DNA of 64,000 nucleotides, taken from IMG/VR virus record IMGVR_UViG_3300047323_000678, one strand, 5' to 3'. This DNA is from a virus. Lineage: Duplodnaviria > Heunggongvirae > Uroviricota > Caudoviricetes. Position 1 is the first letter of the stretch, and each line of letters opens with the position of its first letter. Positions 56,634 through 64,000 of the stretch are shown here, piece by piece. The notes under the pieces were generated by a model. That model made no database searches. It saw only the letters and a list, made by a program, of their open reading frames with translations, and was not told where the DNA came from. A program made the position numbers and the translations under genes.

Positions 56634-57416
56634 ATGGAAACAATAGAAGAGTTATACAAAAGATCGGATTATGAATTTGATCAAAAATTATTCCAAGCTA
56701 CTAAGAATGGGGAGGTAGCATTTCTTGAAGAATTTGTTAATTCTAATATTAAAAAAGACCATATGTTCACTTCAACAGTTTGGCATATGCTGGAACATGC
56801 TTGTGTAAATAAACAGTCAGAAATTGTTAAATATATTATTGAAACAGAATGCTTAATAAAATTAATAAATAGATCAAAGGCTTTTGAAAGATGTTTTCAA
56901 GATAGTTGCAAATCAGGCAGTCTAGATATCATAAAATACTTATTAGATTCAAAAGATGAAGAATTAGATATCATAACTATCGCTTTTGGATGTAGGGAAT
57001 TAATTGAACATCATCATCAAGATGTTCTTAAATATATCTTAAATCATGAGAAATCCAAAGAGTTCTTAAATTATGAATTAAGATTCCCAGATCTTTTGCA
57101 GGTTTCTGCTCAATTTAATAATGTAGAAGCATTAAAATATCTTATAACCTTTCCAAGATTAATTGAAAATGGGAAATCATATATTTATGAACATGCAGAT
57201 AAAACACTTTGCTTTGCTATTGCTTATGAAAATGTAGAAGTCTCAAGATTTCTTATTTGTGAAATTGATTTAAAAAAAACAAAAGATGTGAGAGATGCTT
57301 TAAAAAATAAACCTAATAAAGAAATAACAAAAATATTTAAATTAAAAGAATTAAATGAATCTCTTCAGAAAGAACTAATATCTAAAGGAAATTCTGCAAA
57401 AAAAATTAAATTATAA
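56634..57416 (+). CDS. Ankyrin-repeat protein
   Basis: LFQATKNGEVAFLE, LEHACVNKQSEIVKYII, FQDSCKSGSLDIIKYLL, LQVSAQFNNVEALKYLI; tail SAKKIKL. Confidence 0.85.
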   Translation: METIEELYKRSDYEFDQKLFQATKNGEVAFLEEFVNSNIKKDHMFTSTVWHMLEHACVNKQSEIVKYIIETECLIKLINRSKAFERCFQDSCKSGSLDIIKYLLDSKDEELDIITIAFGCRELIEHHHQDVLKYILNHEKSKEFLNYELRFPDLLQVSAQFNNVEALKYLITFPRLIENGKSYIYEHADKTLCFAIAYENVEVSRFLICEIDLKKTKDVRDALKNKPNKEITKIFKLKELNESLQKELISKGNSAKKIKL

Positions 57417-57490
57417 GCATTTTAGCTGTACAAAATTTTAAGAAGATCTTATAATATACCTATATTATTTAATTCTCACAGGAGAAAATC

Positions 57491-57835
57491 ATGAGTTGTG
57501 CAAGCCAATGCTATGTTCCAGGTGGTCCTTGGATTGAATTTGATCCAAATTGCCCTATTCATGGCTATGAAGCACAGCGAGCAGATGAGATTCGTGAACA
57601 AGAGCGCCAGGAACAAGAAGAACGCGAAGCTGAACAAGAAGCTCGTTTAGAAGCTTTGGAAGAAACTATTGAACAACTAAAAGCATTCCTACCAAAGTGG
57701 ATGAAAGTAAGTGAATTTCCACCAACTCCTGGAATGATTGTGAAAAAATTCAAAGATGGTTCAGTTTGGGCAGGATATTATTCTGGTTCAGAAAAAGAAA
57801 GTTCTTTTGTAGAGTATATTCGCCTACCAGAATAG
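57491..57835 (+). CDS. Hypothetical protein with short coiled coil
   Basis: AGGAG RBS; CPIHG motif; TAG stop. Confidence 0.7.
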   Translation: MSCASQCYVPGGPWIEFDPNCPIHGYEAQRADEIREQERQEQEEREAEQEARLEALEETIEQLKAFLPKWMKVSEFPPTPGMIVKKFKDGSVWAGYYSGSEKESSFVEYIRLPE

Positions 57836-57953
57836 ATGTTAAATTAAAATAAAGATAAGCAGATCAGTAATGGTCTGCTTTTTTTATTTTTGGTATTGAT
57901 TTATGCTTGTCTAACCGTTATAAATACTACTTTCAATAAAATGAGAGTAAATA

Positions 57954-58322
57954 ATGAACAAAGAAGTAATGTTAGAAAAATTAAATAGTGGTGAATTATT
58001 AAGTAATGTAGAAGAGGTTGAACAATTTTTAAAAGATGAGGGATTTATTCTTTTTACTTCAGTAAATACTTTTTTCCCACAATATATATTCAGTGATACC
58101 TACGATTACACTTGCTTATATCAAAACCATACTACTTCAGAATTAAAAGCAATGTCCAAAGTAACAGTTAAAGGATATATTAAAACAATTCAAGAAGTTT
58201 CACTAGATTATGTGAGAAATCTTCATGAAAGAAATCCTGTAAGAACAGCTTTGGAAATCATTGAATCAAAAGCAAAAATAGAAGAAAGTATAAAGATTAA
58301 AGCTGTTCGTTCAGAATGGTGA
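57954..58322 (+). CDS. Hypothetical protein
   Basis: 122 aa. Confidence 0.65.
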   Translation: MNKEVMLEKLNSGELLSNVEEVEQFLKDEGFILFTSVNTFFPQYIFSDTYDYTCLYQNHTTSELKAMSKVTVKGYIKTIQEVSLDYVRNLHERNPVRTALEIIESKAKIEESIKIKAVRSEW

Positions 58323-58411
58323 AATGCAAAAATTAATATTATATTTTTATGCTAATTTACCTAATTTGAAGTATAATAGAACCTATTAAAATAAAATATT
58401 CGGAGCTTAAA

Positions 58412-58666
58412 ATGGTACGCCGATTTGAACCATGCCATAAATATTTTGATCAATGGGATGAAACAGGTTCGTCTAGCTGTTGTGAAGCTAAAGATGGTGA
58501 ATATGTCCTGTATGAAACATACAAAACTGAACATGCTCGTTTAACTGCACAAATTGAACGGCTTAAAAAGCAAGTTTCTTCATTAACAGAACAATTAAAA
58601 GAATGTAAATCTGAGAATGCTGAGTTAGTTATTTTGGCAGCAATTGAAAAAAACAGTGTAAAATAA
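58412..58666 (+). CDS. Hypothetical coiled-coil protein
   Basis: GGAG RBS; 84 aa. Confidence 0.65.
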   Translation: MVRRFEPCHKYFDQWDETGSSSCCEAKDGEYVLYETYKTEHARLTAQIERLKKQVSSLTEQLKECKSENAELVILAAIEKNSVK

Positions 58667-58881
58667 TGCGATATTTTTTCTTATTCTTGTGCTTATTGCT
58701 AATTGTCATCATTGAACTGATGATGAACAATTTTTGGGATGGTATAAAAGAAATGTTGTCTAACACTAATCCTATTGTTGGATTTGTTCTTTTTATTATT
58801 TATTTAGAAATTTTTGTAATAGCAAAAAAAGAATTAAAGCAATTAAAAGATTCATTTAAAAAATTTTGGGGTAATAAATAA
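58666..58881 (+). CDS. Small two-TM membrane protein
   Basis: TAATG overlap with the upstream gene. Confidence 0.6.
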   Translation: MRYFFLFLCLLLIVIIELMMNNFWDGIKEMLSNTNPIVGFVLFIIYLEIFVIAKKELKQLKDSFKKFWGNK

Positions 58882-58945
58882 TTACCTGTACATTAAATAT
58901 TATTTAAGTTAATATGTACTAACTAAAAATTTAAGCGAGAAAATA

Positions 58946-59329
58946 ATGGATATTAAGTCATACACCAAACCACTAAAAGAACTAATTGCAGAATTGCAAG
59001 CTTTGGAAAATGCTAACCCAGGTATTCTGTGTATGGTTAATGATCATGAACATGGGGGAGATGTTCCTCAAGTTGAAATATCTAAATTTTATATCAACGA
59101 ACATGATCATGTTATTATCGTGGATGAGAAGAAAATTGAGAATAACAAGTTGACTGTGGAGTTCTACAATCAAGATCCTCAAGAAATGTGGAATAGCTTC
59201 ACTGATGAAGAACGGGGTGAGGAACCCTTTGAAGAATGGAAGGCAAATTTTGAAAAAACCAAAGCATTTTTTGAAAAAGATAAGCAAGAGTTTGAAACTT
59301 CTGTGCCCGTAGTAGTGATTTATACCTAA
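58946..59329 (+). CDS. Hypothetical protein
   Basis: 127 aa. Confidence 0.7.
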   Translation: MDIKSYTKPLKELIAELQALENANPGILCMVNDHEHGGDVPQVEISKFYINEHDHVIIVDEKKIENNKLTVEFYNQDPQEMWNSFTDEERGEEPFEEWKANFEKTKAFFEKDKQEFETSVPVVVIYT

Positions 59330-59556
59330 ATTTATTGGGAGTTTATGAGCTTATTTTTGGTTTAACTATTCACCAAACCAAGGCTCATGGAAAAGTTTTG
59401 AAAAATTTGAGAAATCTCAAAAGATGCTAAAAGAACATGCGGAAAAAGATTTGAAGGATTTTGCTAAGGCTATTCCAATGGTAGTTATGGAAACTTAAAC
59501 TGCAAATAAAAAAAGCAGATTATGATAGTCTGCTTTTTTTTATTTAAAATTTATTT

Positions 59557-59913
59557 TTAGGAATGAGCATAATAACGGCGTGCTACATCTGACCAATTTA
59601 AATTATGAAATATGGAAAATTGACTATCACTATTTAATGCTTCAATAAAATGATGTGCTTTACCCTCAAAACTTTCATCAGTAGGAACTCCCATATCTCC
59701 TTCAAAAATACAACCCTCATAAAAAGGTTCTGAAGTAAGTCTAACATTTGAAATAACAAAAAATGAATCACCATCTTCATCACTACATCTAGTTATATGC
59801 ACGCCATGATCTTTAGCAAGTGTCAACATATCTTTTTCTAAACTATCAAACTCTTCCCAATCTTCACCAATATTAGCGTGCTTAGTAATTCCTTTGCAAA
59901 TCCATACACTCAT
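59557..59913 (-). CDS. Hypothetical protein
   Basis: 118 aa, AAGGA RBS on minus strand. Confidence 0.7.
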   Translation of the reverse strand: MSVWICKGITKHANIGEDWEEFDSLEKDMLTLAKDHGVHITRCSDEDGDSFFVISNVRLTSEPFYEGCIFEGDMGVPTDESFEGKAHHFIEALNSDSQFSIFHNLNWSDVARRYYAHS

Positions 59914-60003
59914 AATAAATCCTTGTAAAAAACAAAGAATTATTTCAGAATTATTTTTTTGTCAAGTTAATTAAAAAAGCAGACCATGAAGATCTGCTTT
60001 AAA

Positions 60004-60255
60004 TTATTTAATTGTTTCGATAATAAAACTATCAGTTAGTGCCAATAAGTCATTAATGTCATCTGCAATACTAATCCAAAAAGTATGCTTTTCTTCAAAT
60101 GATTGGAACCTCTCAATATCTTGACATAAAGCAATCATTGTAGTGATACATGCACCTACTTCTTCAGCCGCAGGGTTTTTACTTTCAATAACGATATCTG
60201 TAAGTTTCTCAAATTTTTCTTCTAATTGAAATTCAGCTTTCTGCCAAGGGGTCAT
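60004..60255 (-). CDS. Hypothetical protein
   Basis: 83 aa, AAGGA RBS; followed by the reversed GCAGA terminator. Confidence 0.65.
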   Translation of the reverse strand: MTPWQKAEFQLEEKFEKLTDIVIESKNPAAEEVGACITTMIALCQDIERFQSFEEKHTFWISIADDINDLLALTDSFIIETIK

Positions 60256-60370
60256 AATTGTCCTTTATATTTTGCCTAATTATCAATTAAAAAATAAATA
60301 AGTCAACTATTCTTGAAAAAGAATTTTATTAATATAGAATTAACATAATAATAATAAAAATAGGATAATT

Positions 60371-61171
60371 ATGTCACTAAGCACTTTAGATAAAATTAAA
60401 TTAAAAACCCAACAAATTTTAGTAAAAACTGATGATTATTTAACCACTACTAAAAATGGAATGGATGCGAGCCATCATGGAATAATGTTTGGAGCAGCAT
60501 CTATAATTGCTGGAATTACAGGAGTAATGGCTATTGTTGCTGCTCCAACATTACCAGCTATAGCAGGAGTGGCAGCATTAGCTAGTATTCCAACATTTGC
60601 AGTTGGTGGTGCAGCAGTGAATTTAGCAGGAGCTACTCTTTTAGGCGGTGGGGCAGCAAGTATAGCATTTACTATTTTTGCAAAAATGTATAAATCTGCA
60701 AAAGGTGAAACAAATTACCATGTTAACGGTGAATTAGAATGCTTGCCTAAAGGTAGTAATGGTGATTTATCTAAAATAGTTAAAGTAAACAGAAAAGAAG
60801 TTTTAAAATCTATTGAGAATGAAACATTTTCTCAAAAATATGAAGCCGTTAAAATAAGAGATTTTCATGATCCTAATGGTCATTTTATGCTAGAAATTCC
60901 TAATGCTCATACTTTAGTTGTAAAAGGTAATGAAAAATATTATTCAAGTACAGCAGGTATTTTAGACAGAGTTGCATCTGAAGCATATATTGAAGGACCA
61001 TACTTAGCAAAACCTGCTCAAGAATCATGGGCAGAAGATTGTAAAACAATTAGAAGAGAATGTTTTAAAGAAGCTAAAAATGCTGATTTAAAAGCATCAA
61101 TAATGAATAGAATTAATAACTTTAGAGAAAAAATTGAGGGTGCAGCACCTAAGAAAAAATACACAGTTTAA
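60371..61171 (+). CDS. Protein with long Ala/Gly-rich hydrophobic hairpin and basic tail
   Basis: About 70-aa hydrophobic stretch GIMFGAAS...IAFTIF; ends RINNFREKIEGAAPKKKYTV. Confidence 0.7.
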   Translation: MSLSTLDKIKLKTQQILVKTDDYLTTTKNGMDASHHGIMFGAASIIAGITGVMAIVAAPTLPAIAGVAALASIPTFAVGGAAVNLAGATLLGGGAASIAFTIFAKMYKSAKGETNYHVNGELECLPKGSNGDLSKIVKVNRKEVLKSIENETFSQKYEAVKIRDFHDPNGHFMLEIPNAHTLVVKGNEKYYSSTAGILDRVASEAYIEGPYLAKPAQESWAEDCKTIRRECFKEAKNADLKASIMNRINNFREKIEGAAPKKKYTV

Positions 61172-61333
61172 TTGTTGTTTTATGTATGAAAACAGATCAA
61201 AGAATGGTCTGTTTTTTACATTTATTTAACATAAGTTATTGATTTAATGATATAATTAACAATTAAGTGATATAAAAATTAATGTGCTTTTAATATCCAC
61301 TTAAGCACAAAATTATTTAATTAAGGAGAGCTT

Positions 61334-61681
61334 ATGCCAAATTGGAATACCGAAAAAATTATGAAAGATTTATCAGACTTAATGCCAAATGCTAAAGATA
61401 TTCAGAATTTAGGTCAAGGTGGTGATTATGATACTGATAATATCTTTATCAAATTTCATGGAACAAAAGATGGCTTATATTTATGCGGTTTCAATCCAGA
61501 GACTCTTTGCACTACCCCAGAAAATGCAGAAGTTGATTATGTTGAAGTTACAGATGGAAAAGATAGCCAAGGTGGTTTAAATAGTGACAATAATGATGTT
61601 GCTCAAGCTTTCTTAGAAGTTAAAAAGTATCTTAGAAGTAAAAAATTTATTGTGGTAAATACGATTCAAGATTTTGTATAA
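61334..61681 (+). CDS. Hypothetical protein, paralog of 62302..62649
   Basis: MPxWNTEKI...GQGGDYDTDN...CTTPENAEV...DGxDSxGGLNS shared. Confidence 0.8.
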   Translation: MPNWNTEKIMKDLSDLMPNAKDIQNLGQGGDYDTDNIFIKFHGTKDGLYLCGFNPETLCTTPENAEVDYVEVTDGKDSQGGLNSDNNDVAQAFLEVKKYLRSKKFIVVNTIQDFV

Positions 61682-61701
61682 TATAATTTTAGGAGTTTTA
61701 A

Positions 61702-62292
61702 ATGAATAATATTGAATATTTTTCACATCCTGATGGTAATTATGCTTTAATTCATGACACTAATCAAAGAAAAAGTCTATGTTTTCAAAAAACTATGATA
61801 GATGAACAATTTATTATTATTAAATTAGAGAGCCAAACTCCACTAACTCAAAAAGAATATAATTATTATGTTGGTGGTGAAGATAATAGCTATTGTGATA
61901 ATGGTGTATTTTTTGTTCCAAATAATCAAGTTGAAGCAGTAAAAATTCAAATTAATAAAATTATTGAGGATTGGAAAAATAATAATTCTAAATATATCGA
62001 TAGTATTGAAGAAGGAATGTGCTACATTGCATTAAGATATACTCCTTCAGGCATGTGGGTTTTAACTTATGATATCACAAATAATTTGGCATTTTTTGAA
62101 AATTCATTAAAAATGTTTGATAGCTTTAATCCAGTTATAACACATATAGAAGCAGGCTTAGTATGTAATCCTAATACATTTTATGCCACTCAATCAGCAG
62201 AAGAATGTGGTGGTGAAGATTTTATTGGGGGATTAAAGCGAGAAAAAGACCCAATTGTTAAACTGATGAAGTCTGAAGGACTAATTAAATAA
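61702..62292 (+). CDS. Hypothetical protein
   Basis: AGGAG RBS; 196 aa between two paralogs. Confidence 0.75.
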   Translation: MNNIEYFSHPDGNYALIHDTNQRKSLCFQKTMIDEQFIIIKLESQTPLTQKEYNYYVGGEDNSYCDNGVFFVPNNQVEAVKIQINKIIEDWKNNNSKYIDSIEEGMCYIALRYTPSGMWVLTYDITNNLAFFENSLKMFDSFNPVITHIEAGLVCNPNTFYATQSAEECGGEDFIGGLKREKDPIVKLMKSEGLIK

Positions 62293-62301
62293 GGAGCTAT
62301 T

Positions 62302-62649
62302 ATGCCAACTTGGAATACTGAAAAAATTATTAGTGACCTTAATAAAAAAATTACCAATATTGAAAAAATTATTAATAGTGGTCAAGGTGGTGATTATGAC
62401 ACTGATAATCTAATTATTAAAGTTAAAGGCTCAAAAGATGTATTATATATTTGTGGCTTCACACCACAAGTTTACTGCACTACACCAGAAAATGCAGAAG
62501 TGGAAATTATTCAAATTACTGATGGATTAGATAGTCGTGGTGGATTAAATAGTAATAATGAAAATTTAGCTGTTGCATTTGTTCAGATTCGTAAATATTT
62601 CGAGAAAAAAGGCTTTTCTACAGCCAATACTATTAAAGAATATTTTTAA
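62302..62649 (+). CDS. Hypothetical protein, paralog of 61334..61681
   Basis: Identical TAAGGAGCT RBS context and strong alignment. Confidence 0.8.
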   Translation: MPTWNTEKIISDLNKKITNIEKIINSGQGGDYDTDNLIIKVKGSKDVLYICGFTPQVYCTTPENAEVEIIQITDGLDSRGGLNSNNENLAVAFVQIRKYFEKKGFSTANTIKEYF

Positions 62650-62712
62650 ATAAAATCTAATTAAAAAAAGCAGATCACAATGGTCTGCTTTTTATTTTTA
62701 TGCTTTAATAAA

Positions 62713-63270
62713 TTAATAAGATTCTACAGCACTAAAATCTAGTCCTTTTAAATTATTGTTTTCAACAATTTCTTTAAACTCTTCACTAACATAAACTTTC
62801 AAAGGGTCATCTGACAACACAAATAAAGGATCATTTTTTAAAGCATCGGAATTAAAAATGGTTTTATACATGATTTTTTCCTTTTCTACTTTTTTCCATT
62901 TAGATTTATTTAAATTAATAACGGAAGAATTATAGATATTTTTATTAGGATAAAAGCCATAAAACTTTTTTCTTATACTCTCTGTTTCAATAGGAATAAT
63001 TTGTCCTGTTTTATCAAGAATATCTTTTAAAACTTCTACTGCTCTTTCGCTTAAAATAATTAATGAACTCTCAATGCCGATATCCATTTGAAAGTTTTTC
63101 TTACCTTCATCAGATTTATATAATTTAAATTTAACAGGTTGATAATCGTCTAAATCAATTGTTTGCCAACCCCAATATTTTTTAATAAATACATTGTCTA
63201 AATTGTCATAAATTTCATAAAAGACAGAATAGTTTTTAGAATCTTCTTTTAACTCATATATATTACTCAT
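62713..63270 (-). CDS. Imm11/DUF1629-like immunity protein
   Basis: IILSERAVEVLKDIL...GQIIPIE and VYVSEEFKEIVENNNLKGLDF motifs; ATGA overlap with the upstream gene. Confidence 0.55.
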   Translation of the reverse strand: MSNIYELKEDSKNYSVFYEIYDNLDNVFIKKYWGWQTIDLDDYQPVKFKLYKSDEGKKNFQMDIGIESSLIILSERAVEVLKDILDKTGQIIPIETESIRKKFYGFYPNKNIYNSSVINLNKSKWKKVEKEKIMYKTIFNSDALKNDPLFVLSDDPLKVYVSEEFKEIVENNNLKGLDFSAVESY

Positions 63271-64000
63271 AAAATATTACTCCATGTTGCACCAGTTGGT
63301 GGATTTTTTAAAATATTTTTTATTCTGTTTAATTCATTAATAATTTCAGGAAGACCGCCTTTAGCATCCGCTTGTATCACGATGTCATTAATTTTTCTAA
63401 CATATGAAGTAGGGAGTTTTCCACTATAAATTAAACCTTGTGGATTAGGGTTATTTGGTGTAGGTAAATCAATAATATTGAATTCATCATCAAACGCATT
63501 TTTTCCTGCAAGTTTTTTATGTCTTTCTACTATATCTCTTGCTTTTTGAGCTAAAGGATGATTAGCAGGAATAATTGATTGAGAGATCCAATTGTCATCA
63601 ATACTTACTTCTTCTTCTGAAACTGAAATTAATTGACTCTTTTTCTCTTTCTCATTTTTAATCTGTAAGAAGTTACCTACCATTAATAAAACAATAGCTA
63701 ATGGGTCAATAACAAAAACCATCATTAAAGCAATAATTCTTGAGGCTTGTTCGGTAGTTGTTCCCCAAGCTTTTGCCAAAGAACCTAAAGTTCCAGCTTG
63801 AAGATTGTCGGACATTTTATTGAGTGTAATGGTTGGAATTTCACGATCTAACTCAATAGTTCTTTCATTAATATACGCTAACTCTTTTTCAAACATTGCG
63901 TTAAGTCGCTTCTTTTGAGTTACAAGAGCAGGGTCTACTGCTGAAATTTGAGAGTCAATCTCTCTTTTACGAGCATTAAGTTTTTGACTTTCTGCTTCTA
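63267..64000 (-). CDS. Coiled-coil/TM phage-type protein fused to a degenerate AHH-nuclease-like domain; 5' end outside window
   Basis: Frame stays open past 63896 to the window edge; FVIDPLAIVLL TM motif; C-terminus IIPANHPLAQKARDIV...FDDEFNIIDLP...YVRKIN. Confidence 0.55.
   Translation of the reverse strand, partial: EAESQKLNARKREIDSQISAVDPALVTQKKRLNAMFEKELAYINERTIELDREIPTITLNKMSDNLQAGTLGSLAKAWGTTTEQASRIIALMMVFVIDPLAIVLLMVGNFLQIKNEKEKKSQLISVSEEEVSIDDNWISQSIIPANHPLAQKARDIVERHKKLAGKNAFDDEFNIIDLPTPNNPNPQGLIYSGKLPTSYVRKINDIVIQADAKGGLPEIINELNRIKNILKNPPTGATWSNIL

Larger units (their letters stand above)
36240..62693. repeat. Dispersed GCAGA...TCTGC terminator hairpin family, 16 copies in this span
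   Basis: Stems start near 36240, 36812, 39181, 40922, 41957, 42976, 44393, 47811, 53179, 55326, 56544, 57859, 59515, 59979 (reversed), 61192 (ACAGA variant), 62670; each just after a stop codon or tRNA. Confidence 0.9.

Noticed and set aside
36240-62693. CRISPR array or integron attC sites from the repeated hairpin
   Set aside because: Spacing is 0.5-5 kb of genes, not 30-40 nt spacers; no RYYYAAC/GTTRRRY cores, no cas or intI gene; T-tracts and positions fit terminators.

Overview
A very AT-rich (by eye under about 30% GC), densely coding accessory segment. It has no rRNA and no recognisable replication, capsid or conjugation core genes. It most resembles the hypervariable region of a jumbo/mega-phage or a giant plasmid-like replicon with a proteobacterial host (inferred from a lateral-type fliL, yaaA and a thrL-style attenuator). 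Contents: a tandem array of six DUF285/BspA-like repeat genes, several ankyrin-repeat genes, about 60 unassigned ORFs, a tnpB-only IS200/IS605 element, a decayed IS607 element, 8 tRNA genes (4x Leu-UAA, Met/Ile2-CAU, Arg-UCU, Pro-UGG, a probable amber CUA tRNA), a truncated ThrRS, a nucleoside hydrolase, a cupin/MazG-like/mini-aaRS triad and a degenerate AHH toxin with an Imm11-like partner. The strongest unexplained signals are: (1) a shared C-terminal tail (amphipathic helix, polar linker, K-K/P-x-K-I/L end) on at least 20 otherwise unrelated proteins, with local evidence that it is a swappable module and so a candidate sorting/translocation signal; (2) unannotated structured RNAs inside the tRNA operons: a 60-nt pseudoknot-like motif in three copies, a tandem pair of 110-nt covarying pseudoknot RNAs, and two tRNA-shaped RNAs without a normal anticodon arm; (3) a complete Thr-codon attenuator controlling an editing-less ThrRS; (4) 17 copies of one terminator hairpin family that divide the right half into promoter-gene-terminator cassettes. 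All family assignments are from motif recognition by eye; no database searches were run.
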